A stretch of DNA of 59,408 bases, filler included, from Squatina squatina (GCA_031763465.1; 3 parts of 3 records of this genome joined end to end with filler, not necessarily neighbours in it); one strand, 5' to 3'; shown: positions 12,582-24,277, counted from the first letter of the whole stretch. Translations and numbers: made by a program. The notes: a model not told the origin generated them from the sequence alone.

Positions 12582-12774
12582 TTTTACGTCGACCTGAGAG
12601 AGCAGATGGGGTCTCGGTTTAAGGTCTCATCGGAAAAACGGTACCTCTGACAGTGCAGCACTCCCTCTGTACTGCAATGTAAGTGTCAGCCTGGATTTTT
12701 TTGCTCAAGTCTCTGGATTGGGGCTTGAACCTACAGCCTTCTGACTCTGAGGCGAGGGTACTACCATGGCTGAC
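12582..12774 (-). mobile_element. DeuSINE (SacSINE1-like), 5' half
   Basis: tRNA-like head plus Deu core, read on the minus strand as GATGAGACCTTAAACCGAGACCCCATCTGCTCTCTCAGGTCGACGTAAAA. Confidence 0.88.
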
Positions 12775-13601
12775 ACACAACAGCAAATTCAGCCTAGACT
12801 GGCAAATGGATCTGAGACTGCCTTAAACTGCGTGGTATAGTATCACACCACAGAGCGGACGTATGCATTAAGCTATCAGATGTTTCGGCAGACTTGTCTG
12901 ATTGTTTATCAGATCAGATGGTGTTACTTTGTTATAAAACCGTCTATCAGCAGGCATTATCCCTGCTGACGGATCTGCTTTTCACTCTTCTTTTTTTAAG
13001 TAATGAACATGTGGCCCAATTTTGGTTCTATATTTATCTTACAATAGCAAAGAGCAATCATTGATCCTACTGTCAAACAACTCTTGGGAGACCTTGTCCA
13101 GCAGCATCCCCTTGCCGTTCATTCAGGCCATGGCAGGGTCAAAGGTTTGTTAACCCTTTGCTGTTCTGTTAATCTAAATCCCTGTCAAGGCAGAGCACTG
13201 CAGCAACATTTTCTTCAGATGGTCCCAAGGGTAATTCAGAAAATGCTCTTTAGCTTTGATTTTGGACAATCTGGTGACTGGAGGTAAAATTAGAAGACTA
13301 GAGTTTGTCATAAGTCCTATTTGAAATTGTAAAATAGCATCAATTGCATGGAGAACATTTACATTTTGCAGCCTGCTCCTGTTGCTGGGATAACCAAAGC
13401 AGTGAGCTTGGGGTGATCCTCAGTAAAACAAGCTGCTTACAGAAGAGTAACCAAAGTTGAGAGCTTCTATTACGTGTAATAGGAATTATATAGTAACAGA
13501 GCNNNNNNNNNNNNNNNNNNNNNNNNNNNNNNNNNNNNNNNNNNNNNNNNNNNNNNNNNNNNNNNNNNNNNNNNNNNNNNNNNNNNNNNNNNNNNNNNNN
13601 N

Positions 13602-13932
13602 NCGATGATTAAAGATGGCGGCTGATGGTGCAGGCCACGCGCCTTTAAGGGCCCCTGGCAACGACAGAGGAAACTTGTCATTGCCAGTGCCAGTGGCGTC
13701 ATGGGGAAGGCCACCTCCAAATCCGAGGCGTTGAGGGATTGGTGCGTGACATTATGACGTCGCGCGTCCGACACTGGCGCCAACGGCATCCCTGGCAGTG
13801 GGCCATATACACCACCGGGTTGCCCGGCCCAAGGCCTCATTTTATTAATTTAGCCCTCTACACTGATTTTGCACCCGGGCAGCACTGCTAATCGGCACTG
13901 CCCGGGCGTGATGTCAGACGAATTGGGGCCCC
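13602..13932. mobile_element. GC/CpG-rich DNA transposon end (PIF/Harbinger-like terminus)
   Basis: Ends CAGACGAATTGGGGCCCC; shares CAATTCGTCTG with the terminus at 15649-15666; CpG-rich against an AT-rich background. Confidence 0.6.
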
Positions 13933-14019
13933 GCTGTGCTTAATGCGCATAAATGATGATTTGATGGGTTCAAACTTTAACTTTCATAAGATCAATAGAT
14001 AAAAATGGACTTAAAGATT

Positions 14020-14195
14020 GGGCCCCAATTATTTATGCTGATTTCCATTTGTTTTAAGCCGGATTCTACGTTTGATATACACTGATGAGATTCACAGGAA
14101 ATTTCAGCTTAAATTGCTGTTGACAAGATTGGCGTAGAAACCGGCGTAAATTTTAATGCAATTTCGGCAGAAATGGGATCGAGGAATTTGCAGCT
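14020..14195. mobile_element. Palindromic MITE-like element
   Basis: Starts GGGCCCCAATT; inner arms 14053-14070 and 14133-14150 are reverse complements at 16 of 18 positions. Confidence 0.6.
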
Positions 14196-15223
14196 AATTA
14201 GTTTCTCTCATTTCCCCTACATTTTCTTGATTAATATTCCTCTGGATGTCATTGTATTTTGCACAAATTTTTGACGTAGAAGAATTTTCAGATGTTCAGT
14301 TTGTTAGTTGGGGTAATTGAGAAAAAAAAACTGCATCCATACTTATTTCAGTTGTCATTGGTTCTCATATGTGTGATTGTAACTGATTTTGTACATTGAT
14401 ATTGTTAATAAAAAACATTATTTGTAATAATTTATAGTGTCAGTACCCCTGCAGCTGACCCCAGCTGTTGCCAAGGAGTTCTTGGTTGCTATATGATTTC
14501 AACAGGGAGGGGATATAGCACCCCCACTGGAACTCAGTCGGTTAGCAACAGCTGGAATGAAGGTTTCATTCTGCAATACAAGTTCAGACCCTTGTGCAGC
14601 AATCCTGGATAAAAAACAACAATGACTTAATAAATGTCAACGCAGAAGTATAATTTCATGATAAATGTGAGGTTAGCAACATTGTAAGTGACAATGAAGA
14701 CCTGGATTTGGGTTTGATTGCTACAAGCAGAGATTCAGATGTGCCTTCAGGGGAAACATTGGATGGCGGATTAGTTTTATGTACTTTTCTGCTTCCCAAT
14801 TCGCTGAATAAGTGAAATATAGTTACTGCTCGCCTGAACCACTTCAGTATTTGAACAAAGTAAAGAAAAATATAGAAAAGGTTTTTATGAAACATTATTA
14901 TGTGATTGGCATTTTATGTCACTGAAATGAGTAATAGTTTTTTTTTTCTGTATTGAAATAAAGGAGATCTCAGCTGCCGAATATGCTGGAACCTAACATT
15001 AAATCATTACATATACCGACACAGAAGACCAACAACGTCAAATTCACAGTTATCATTAGCATGAACACATTATATAATAGGCGTTAAGTCAATTGTTTCT
15101 TTGCCTACACGTTGAAAACTTTTGACCAATACGTAAATTATTTTCAGTAACTTGAATTTTTACATTGACTAAAATCACTATTTAATCATAAAGTAAACAC
15201 TGAAGCTTTCTCAGTTTGTTTAA

Positions 15224-15636
15224 GGCATTTATATAACAACTTTCACATCCTCAGGATGCCCCAAATCACTCGACAGCCATTGAAATACAGTCAACGTGAT
15301 AATTCAGGCAATCAATTTGCACATGGCAAAGCTCCACAAACAGCAGTGAGATAAAACCGTTTTAGTGATATTTGTTGAGGGATAAATGTTGACCAAGTCA
15401 CCAGGAGAATTCAACTGCTCTTCTTCAAATAGCACCAAGGGATCTTTTACATTTGACTCCGAGGAGCCTTAGTTTAACGTCTAATCCAAAAGATGGCAGC
15501 TCCAACACAGCAGCACTCCCTCAGTACTGCACTGGAATGTCAGCTGAGATTACATGCTCACATCCCTGGAGGGGGACTTGAACCCATGACCTTCAAACTC
15601 AGGGGCAAGAGAGCTACCACTTAGCCACAGCTGACA
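15224..15636 (-). mobile_element. DeuSINE (SacSINE1-like), near full length
   Basis: Head TGTCAGCTGTGGCTAAGTGGTAGC...GGGTTCAAGTCCC, core CCAGTGCAGTACTGAGGGAGTGCTGC, tail TTTGGGGCATCCTGAGGATGTGAAAG...TATATAAATGC. Confidence 0.9.
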
Positions 15637-15648
15637 GCATGTCATATA

Positions 15649-15745
15649 GGGCGGACAATTCGTCTGTTAACATCCGCGCTAAAATAGCGCAAACCGGGCG
15701 ATAACGGCCTAACGACAATTTTTGCTGGTAAGTCCTCCGCTGGGC
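15649..15745. mobile_element. CpG-rich DNA transposon terminus, truncated by a gap
   Basis: Begins GGGCGGACAATTCGTCTG, related to the reverse complement of 13915-13932. Confidence 0.55.
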
Positions 15746-15974
15746 NNNNNNNNNNNNNNNNNNNNNNNNNNNNNNNNNNNNNNNNNNNNNNNNNNNNNNN
15801 NNNNNNNNNNNNNNNNNNNNNNNNNNNNNNNNNNNNNNNNNNNNNTTGGGAGACTGTAGAATATGCCCCAGAAAGCTTGGCAGAATTATGACATGTTATA
15901 AAGCAACTGAATGTTGTACAATAAGGAGTGTCCCTGGTTCATGGACTTGGATGAGGAAGAGCTGTCAGGATCGG

Positions 15975-16156
15975 GAATGCTCGACCTGAAATGTTGGCAG
16001 AAGCAAATTCCATAATTAATTTTAAAAGGAAATTGGACAGGTGCATGAGGATGAGGAATTTACAGGGTTATGGGCAAAAAGCGGGGATGCGAGACTAAGC
16101 ATAACCGCTCTTTCAAATGGCCTCCTTCTGTGCTGTAAGTTTCTATGATTCTATGA
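15975..16156 (+). mobile_element. CR1 LINE 3' fragment
   Basis: TTTAAAAGGAAATTGGAC...AAATGGCCTCCTTCTGTGCTGTAAG followed by (TTCTATGA)2. Confidence 0.85.
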
Positions 16157-16489
16157 AGTTGTAGGAAAGGAACCACTACAGGCAAGCAGATAGGTACCCG
16201 AAGATCTAATTGCCCTGACACCTGTTACGTTCTATTGGATGGTTTCACAAAGCTAAGTACAGATGAAGGAGGCCATTTGGCCCATCTAACCCATTCTTCC
16301 ATAGAAACCAATGATTCCTCCCCGCCGCCAACCATTACAGCCTACAATTCCCCTTCACAAACTACAATCCCCCACATCCCCATTTGGAATCATGGAACTG
16401 ATATTACTTTTCATGGGATTTTTTTTGTATTAGCTGTTTTCTCTGAACAAACAGAAAGTATGCCCTTGCACTTCTTCTCACTTTGGCTT

Positions 16490-16858
16490 TGCAATCTCAC
16501 CGGGCTCCTCTTGAAAATGCAGACTCGGGCTGGGAGACAGATCCATGGAAACCACTGGATCTCCAGTATGCTCCATCACCTGAGAGCCTAGATGGTGGGC
16601 TTTAGCAGGCTAGCCAACTATGGAGAAAATTGATCTGTTTCTTTCGCCATGTCAACACACAGAGAGATGCACTTTCAAGATTGGGCCACTGGATAGGAAC
16701 ATAGGATAATGGTCCGGAAAAGAAATCCTAGCTGATTTATTCATAGTGCTACGCTGGCTGAGATCAATTCACTCAATATAGAGTGGAAATCAAGCCTGGC
16801 ACCTTCTGGTTTCTGTGCTTTAGTGCTGCACTGGGCAGTGGTTTCATCTAGTAGCTCT
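16490..16858 (-). mobile_element. Old degenerate tRNA-derived SINE (third family)
   Basis: Degenerate tRNA-like head on the minus strand near 16760-16858; body resembles the repeat at 40001-40383. Confidence 0.45.
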
Positions 16859-18225
16859 TCAAGGGAATCATGTCACAACATTTTTGAGTCTAATCATTCT
16901 TCTGTTAAAGAATAAACAATTGAGAAATTGCCCTCAGTTTGCAGATTAGTTTTGTCTGAACTGACCCATGGGCATTGAACTTAGAGCCAGAACCCGACTA
17001 TAGCAATCACCATGTGGAAAACTGCCACATAGATTTCAGTGGGGAAATGCTTAGTTCTCAACCAACCTGTTGACAGAAAACTTTTACTAAAACAAGAAAT
17101 TGGACTTAATACAGGGCCTTTGCCAGGCCAATTCTGCAGTGATCTGTCTGCTGCCTCCATTTTTATGTAAGAGTGATTGCTTAAAAATGATAAAGGGTAT
17201 TGTTTATATCTGCTCGCATGAGGCAGNNNNNNNNNNNNNNNNNNNNNNNNNNNNNNNNNNNNNNNNNNNNNNNNNNNNNNNNNNNNNNNNNNNNNNNNNN
17301 NNNNNNNNNNNNNNNNNNNNNNNNNNCCACTGTGGAAATAGGTGTGACATGACTATCAGTACTTAACAAGGCATTGTTAGGAGCAAAACACACAAAACAG
17401 AATGACAGAGCACTGGGAAATACTATGAAATAGGATCTATTGGATGGATATCTGACCTTTACGATCACGGATTGACTCTTAGCAATAGATAGTTTGAATA
17501 CTTCAACAAAACTGGGGAAATAAAATGGCAGCTCTGTTGCAAACCCTGGAAAGCCCTTTTTAAACAGAGCTGAAATGCAGAGTTAGGCCAATGATTTAAA
17601 TTAATTTGGCATAAGGGTTTAACTATCTTGCTATAATTTTTTTTTAAACTAACAAATGTAAAAAGAATTAGTTTGAATTGTTTTTAAAAATCGAAGGCAC
17701 GTTATTTGAATTTCCTTCTCAGCAATGAAAAGCAAGATCTGTCAGACTCAGTAAAAACGAATAAGCTGCTCAGCCTTCCTGTTGTAAAACTGCAATAATC
17801 ATTATTGTTAACAACCTGTGCAGCCACACGACTATTTAGCCCAAGCATTAATGACGTGTTAGGGCCGATAACTCATCCAGCAAAGGCCAATTAACCAATC
17901 GGACAACTTACTCAGCATTCATCCAATCTGAGACTAGAAATGCCAGCCCAAGTGGGGCTCAGATCTGATGATTCAACAATACACTGCTGAGGTGTTCTGA
18001 AGTATTTCACTGAAGTGCTGACACAACTTGAAAAACAGTAACATCAGAGCATTAAAACTACAAAAGAGCACTGCCAGAGCGTCAGCATACAAATACATAT
18101 CACAAACAGGGCTCTTGCAGCACTGNNNNNNNNNNNNNNNNNNNNNNNNNNNNNNNNNNNNNNNNNNNNNNNNNNNNNNNNNNNNNNNNNNNNNNNNNNN
18201 NNNNNNNNNNNNNNNNNNNNNNNNN

Positions 18226-18790
18226 AACTACAGAGCCAAAACAGTAGAATCTAAGTCAAAGAAGCTACTGATCAAACTGTGTTGTGCTGTGGTTAGAAAA
18301 CGCTTCAAATACAGTATCCAGTTGTGGTCCCCAAGAAACCAAGAGAGACATTCAAGCAATGAGGGTAGTGTGGAGATGAGACACAAGGCTGATCCCCCGT
18401 GTCACTAGTCTGAGTTCTGAGAAAATACTGGAGAGACCTTTCAATCTGAAAAGGAGGAAGCTGATAGGTGATCTTATAGAAGTATATAAAATTGTTACAG
18501 ATATATAAAATGTTAACCTGGACTATTACTCTAAATTAAATTGCAGTAGAACTAAGGGACACAGGTTCAAACTAGTAAAAAATAACTTGAGGACTGATAT
18601 CAGGAAATTCTTCTTCACACAAAGAGTGCTCAACATGTAGAATTAACTTCCAGGTAGAGTGCTGGAAGCTGAAGCCCTGGAATCATTTAAGAAAACAATT
18701 GAATGCTACAATAGGGGGAACATTAGAATCTCTCTTGGGCGGGTGAATTAAGAAGCGTCTTCCTCAACTGTAATTATCTTGTGATCTTGA
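18226..18790 (+). mobile_element. Old CR1 LINE ORF2 3' fragment
   Basis: Degenerate LVR..LEY..QFWSP, RR..GDLIEVYKI and RTKGHRFKL...R.DIRKFFFTQRV.N motifs with frameshifts. Confidence 0.88.
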
Positions 18791-21249
18791 CACCATTTGA
18801 AACAAAATTATTGATTAACATGGTGACTTCTAAACTAAATTCAGAATCTGAAAACAAACAGAGGATTAAAAAAATGATTTCTTCTTCCAGTTTCAAACGT
18901 TATTTTATGTTATGTTTCTCATTGCGGTGAAAAGAAAATGAATTTAAATGAATGCCAATGCGTTATTGCTACTCCTGAGAATTACCTACATTAAAAATTG
19001 CCTCTATTGACTTTGATAGTCTACTGTCAATAGGAATTGTTGCTGTTCTAGCCTGAAAAGTAGAGGTGGAACAGTCTCACTGAACAGAGCACCCTTGATA
19101 ATTTATCTGGCCTTTTGCATGGAGTTGGGAAAGCAGTAGGGGGCCCCCTATACAGAGAGCATATTTGTGCCAGTACAAAGCAGAGATTGAGATAAGAGGA
19201 AAAGCTTGAGGGACCTTCATNNNNNNNNNNNNNNNNNNNNNNNNNNNNNNNNNNNNNNNNNNNNNNNNNNNNNNNNNNNNNNNNNNNNNNNNNNNNNNNN
19301 NNNNNNNNNNNNNNNNNNNNNNNNNNNNNNNNNNNNNNNNNNNNNNNNNNNNNNNNNNNNNNNNNNNNNNNNNNNNNNNNNNNNNNNNNNNNNNNNNNNN
19401 NNNNNNNNNNNNNNNNNNNNNNNNNNNNNNNNNNNNNNNNNNNNNNNNNNNNNNNNNNNNNNNNNNNNNNNNNNNNNNNNNNNNNNNNNNNNNNNNNNNN
19501 NNNNNNNNNNNNNNNNNNNNNNNNNNNNNNNNNNNNNNNNNNNNNNNNNNNNNNNNNNNNNNNNNNNNNNNNNNNNNNNNNNNNNNNNNNNNNNNNNNNN
19601 NNNNNNNNNNNNNNNNNNNNNNNNNNNNNNNNNNNNNNNNNNNNNNNNNNNNNNNNNNNNNNNNNNNNNNNNNNNNNNNNNNNNNNNNNNNNNNNNNNNN
19701 NNNNNNNNNNNNNNNNNNNNNNNNNNNNNNNNNNNNNNNNNNNNNNNNNNNNNNNNNNNNNNNNNNNNNNNNNNNNNNNNNNNNNNNNNNNNNNNNNNNN
19801 NNNNNNNNNNNNNNNNNNNNNNNNNNNNNNNAAGACTGGCTCTCTGAACTCTTGCGGTTGATGCTCAAATCATATTTTTCCAAGCTTCAGTAATACAAGT
19901 TCAAAGAATTATTGTCAAAATACAGATTTTAGGGGGTAACTAGAGTTTTGAAGATATATTTATGGGATTTTGCTTTAAGGGAATTGATTTGGTATAAGAT
20001 GAAAGAAAAGACTATCTTCGAAGCTTTATAAGAAAAAGCTTTGGATCTCCTGGTCATTTTGCCAATATGCCTGGAAGGCACTATGATGTAGACAATGCCA
20101 TTACATACCAATGTGGATTTTGCTGAACTCTATTGACTTTTTTAAATGTTTGAAGATTTCAGATCAAATGCTTCAAGACACCAATGATCAAGTGGAGAAA
20201 TTACTGACAGAAGTGTTATTAATATTTCAAATTGTTTTTTGTTGGACTCAAATTACCAATGCCTCACAAATACCAAACAAGAAAAAAAGCCTTTCTAAAT
20301 ATAGGAACTGTTACAAAGTCAGTTTAGTCACTCAATTGCACAGTTGGAGATTTTAAACAAGATTTAGTCATCCTTAAGCCCCTGAAATGAGCTGGATGTA
20401 CAGGGTTTTTAAATGTTATGAGAATTTTACAAGTTAGGCTGGTTGCACGATACTGATGTATTGCACGGCAGTGCAGACAGACTCGTCATGACTAAAGGTG
20501 CAGAGTCATCCCGAGGGCCATTTGTGTCACACTGGAAACTGTCTTGGCCCAGCCCAATTGTAATCTATCTTTTTGATTCGCTGCCCAGCACGTTAGAGAT
20601 GTACACAGATTCGGTGATGAAGTTATATTGGTGATACTGCATTAGCTGCCCAGCAAGAAAACAGACATCAGTTGCTTTAAATTGCAGCTTAGAGTTTTGG
20701 CAGTCGCTGCGACATTGAGTTTAAAATTTGTCACTGGGAACCAGAACCACAAATATTTTGATTGAAGGTGCTTTGGCTTAATCTGGGAATAATTCTTGTA
20801 GAACTACCACTACATGACCATTTGTCAGTCTGTTATTTTAATAGCAAAATTCATTAATTGGCAGGCAAAAGTGATTGCACATTTATCAAAAAAATATAAC
20901 TTACTAATAGGCAGAGAGAGAGGAATTAATATATTGTAACTGAAGGTTTAAACCCGTGATTACAGATGAAACAATTAATCTCTGTCTGCAGTACTGGCTA
21001 CTCGAACTGGTATATTCTAAAAAAAACTCATGACTAATGCTGCGGTTATACTGCACTGACGTTTTTGGCGCACTGGAGCCAAAAGGCAGTAAGTTGCTGC
21101 CAATGTGGACCAGCATCGGTGCAATAGGTAGTCTCCCTTTTGTTCCACANNNNNNNNNNNNNNNNNNNNNNNNNNNNNNNNNNNNNNNNNNNNNNNNNNN
21201 NNNNNNNNNNNNNNNNNNNNNNNNNNNNNNNNNNNNNNNNNNNNNNNNN

Positions 21250-21364
21250 GGGCAATGGGGAAAGAGCAGAGAAGTGGGACTAACTGGAGAGCCCTTTCAA
21301 AGAGCCAACATAGGCACAATGGGCCGAATGGCCTCCTTCTGTGCTATAAGATTCTATGATCTAT
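21250..21364 (+). mobile_element. CR1 LINE 3' UTR
   Basis: GGGCCGAATGGCCTCCTTCTGTGCTATAAGATTCTATGAT. Confidence 0.85.
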
Positions 21365-21904
21365 TGACAACATAATTGATATGTACAAGTTTCTATAATT
21401 AATGTAAACTGCATTTTTATAGAGTCAGAAAGTTGAAGAAAAGTGTTGAAAAAAAATCTTTAATTGTTGCTGAACTCAAAAGAGTAATCAGGTCAGCGAC
21501 TGATTGGTCTTTAGAGGCCACATTAAAACTAAATTAAAGCTGCGGGGAAGATGTGTAACTCATTTACTCTCATTAACGTGCCACTGTTATGCCTTTTCTC
21601 AATCAATCCAGAGTCAGTTAAGTGAGGCTCATAATACTCTCAACAACTTCATCTTCAACTCTGCATCTTGCTTGTGCAAATGTCATAAAAGTGATGAGGT
21701 ATTCACACTCTAACTTTTGCTCACATGTATTGACTCATAAATTACTGCTGACAACATCAGCAGAAAGCCGCTTGACATGTTGGTATGACATTATTCTATC
21801 GCCTATTTTAAGAGTCATTAACCTGTTTAAATAAATGGGTTAGTGCCTCCCTTAAAATAGCAGACAGGGTGACATACACGTGAATAAAGCATTAGCTAAT
21901 TAGC

Positions 21905-22310
21905 TGCAGGGAGGGCAGACATAGACAATGAAACCCAACACCGCCTCCAGTGTGCCAGCACAGCCTTTGGCTGCCTGAGGAAAAGGGTGTTTGAAGATAA
22001 AGACCGCAAACCCGGCACCAAGCTCATGGTCTACAGGGCAGCAGTGATTTCCACCCTCTTGCGTCAGAGATATGGACAATGTACCGTAGACATCGCAAAG
22101 CACGGGAGAACCATCACCAACGTTGCCTCTGCAAAATCCTGCAATTGCACTGGCAGGATAGGCGAACCAATATCAGTGTCCTCTCTCAGGCCAACATTCC
22201 CAGCATCAAGGCACTGGTCATGCTCAACCAGCTGCGATGGGCAGGCTACGTCATCCGCATGCCTGATACAAGACTCCTGAAACAAGCACTCTACTCCGAG
22301 CTTCGTCATG
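21905..22310 (+). mobile_element. RTE (BovB-like) LINE, post-RT region, frameshifted
   Basis: AFGCLRKRVFEDKDRKPGTKLMVYRAAVI then HQRCLCKILQLHWQDRRTNISVLSQANIPSIKALVMLNQLRWAGYVIRMPDTRLLKQALYSEL. Confidence 0.93.
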
Positions 22311-22971
22311 NNNNNNNNNNNNNNNNNNNNNNNNNNNNNNNNNNNNNNNNNNNNNNNNNNNNNNNNNNNNNNNNNNNNNNNNNNNNNNNNNNNNNNNNNN
22401 NNNNNNNNNNTATGCTGGGTGACAGTCTTGTATAAAATCACAAGATAGCCCATTAGAACATTTTAACATGAAATCCAATGACTGCAAAACTTTATGCATT
22501 TTAACATGAATTGCAGTAAAAAGCAGAATGTGTTTTGCATGATTTTCAATGAAAGTATAAATCAAAACAAAAATAACTACGCGAAGAAACAACTCTTTAA
22601 CTTGTGGTTTAGCTTCTATATTCTACGGCTGAGAAGCCACAGGCCTGCTAATTCCTTCAATTTTCGGTCCCTTTGTTACATCTTTTGATGCGGATTCATG
22701 ATTATTCCCTTTGGATAGATTTATGAGGAAAATATACAATGTTACTCACAGATTCAGTGTGGAAAACCCTCTGGGATTCTTCCTTCTTGTTACAATGCTT
22801 ACTCCACTGGTTCGGGAGGCCCTTTGAAGTCATGTTCTTCTGTGGTCCCAAAGGATGCAACATACAGATCTAGTGGGACTAACGCAACATTGCCTTTGAA
22901 CTCTGGAAGATGATAATTGTTTTCAAAAGGCTGTTCTCCAGTGGGTTCACTGTCCTGTTAATTTGCATGAG

Positions 22972-23071
22972 NNNNNNNNNNNNNNNNNNNNNNNNNNNNN
23001 NNNNNNNNNNNNNNNTTAATTAATTAANNNNNNNNNNNNNNNNNNNNNNNNNNNNNNNNNNNNNNNNNNNN
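22972..23071. other. Artificial scaffold linker (44N-TTAATTAATTAA-44N)
   Basis: A 12-mer palindrome at 23016-23027 with stop codons in all six frames, centred exactly in a 100-nt N block. Confidence 0.97.
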
Positions 23072-23090
23072 TCAGGAGGTATAAAATGTG

Positions 23091-23310
23091 GGATTAGAGT
23101 CACATGGAGGGAAGTCTGGTTAGGGGCAGTAGATTCCCTTTCCTGAAGGTCATTAGTGAATCAGTTGGGTTTCTACAATGATCCAGCCGCTTTTATGGCT
23201 GTTTATTTTTCTGGTGCTAGCCCACAAATGACCACATTTATAGAATTTCACACCTTGCCATGGTGGAATTTAAACTCACAACCTCTGGGATTTCTAGTCC
23301 AGTAACATAA
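23091..23310 (-). mobile_element. tRNA-SINE fragment (family of 4355-4757)
   Basis: Shares GATTCCCTTTCCTGAAGGTCATTAGTGAATCAGTTGGGTTT and TGCCATGGTGGAATTTAAACTCA...CTAGTCCAGTAACATAA. Confidence 0.8.
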
Positions 23311-23574
23311 TGCCTTTAAACTCTCAAATTCAGCTATTCAAACACCATCCTTGCAGTATCTGTTCTGCATTGCTGGATTCTGAGTATTCTCTTAGAAAAA
23401 AACAGAAAATAAACCCATTTTGTGCATGTTTGTGTGCGTGTATATGTTTATACATTTATTGGAAGAAGATAGCAGAACTGTTTATTTTCCTTTCAGAATT
23501 GGTGTTGGATTGGACACCTACAGGATCCTACATTAAAAAGCGTAACAATTGCATTAGTTAGCCTTCAACGCAAT

Positions 23575-23748
23575 TTTTTAAAACATTCATTCTTGGGATG
23601 TGGGCATCACTGACCATCCCTAGTTGCCCTGAGAAGTGGTGGAGGGCCTTTTTACTGAACTCCTGGTATTGATTTGTTATAACTGAGTGCTTGGCCTCCG
23701 TTGTCTAGATTACTAGTCCAGAAGCATAATCACTACACTACCGTACCC
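23575..23748 (-). mobile_element. Internally deleted tRNA-SINE (family of 4355-4757)
   Basis: Tail CATTCATTCTTGGGATGTGGGC...CCATCCCTAGTTGCCCTGAGAAG joined to head CTAGTCCAG...CACTACACTACCGTACC. Confidence 0.8.
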
Positions 23749-24148
23749 ACATATCATTGACTGGGAATGTTTTGCATAAAATTCCCCCAAGTTTTTTTCT
23801 TATTTAGGTCCCTTTATTACTAAATGTTACTCCCAGGCTGAAAATAAGGTCGCTGCAAATGCAACTCTATAACCAGCTGCAGTGAAAATATATACTCTCA
23901 TCAACCAGACAATTTCCACTGCACAGCGTCATACTAGCAACAAAAACCATCAGCAAGCTTTTGATAAAAAATGCAATATCCCACTCAAAACAAGCTTAGA
24001 TTTTTTTTAATGGTGGCCTGATTAGTATGTCCAATATATTTGATTATGTATTTAGAATGAAGGTCCTCAAACAAAGAGTTTGTCAAAAATTCATCATGTG
24101 ACTTCTTATTTTTAATTATGCCCTTTCTGTTTTCTTATCACTTTTCAG

Positions 24149-24277
24149 AGTACTGTGGTGTATGAGCTGTTTGCAATATGTGACCATTTGGGTCGATATG
24201 GCGTTGGCCATTATGTTTCACGCATCAAATCTTGCACAAACAAGTGGTATTGTTTTAATGATTCAAAAGTTACTGAG
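24149..24277 (+). CDS. Exon of a ubiquitin-specific protease (peptidase C19) His box, USP18/USP47-like
   Basis: Strong acceptor ctttctgttttcttatcacttttcAG and donor GAG|GTatat; 129 nt, phase 0-0. Peptide STVVYELFAICDHLGRYGVGHYVSRIKSCTNKWYCFNDSKVTE fits the YxL...H.G....GHY...W..FND motif. Confidence 0.9.

Noticed and set aside
11669-12650. 317-321 aa ORFs and other long X-filled ORFs (for example 19077-19883)
   Set aside because: They exist only because N gaps contain no stop codons.
15560-15636. tRNA-like sequences with A and B boxes (also about 4680-4757, 12720-12774, 50760-50824)
   Set aside because: These are SINE heads that continue into SINE bodies, with no complete cloverleaf.
23497-23561. 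Possible upstream USP exon after a good acceptor (ELVLDWTPTGSYIKKRNNCIS*)
   Set aside because: In-frame stop in that frame, only a mediocre donor in the alternative frame, and no convincing USP motif.
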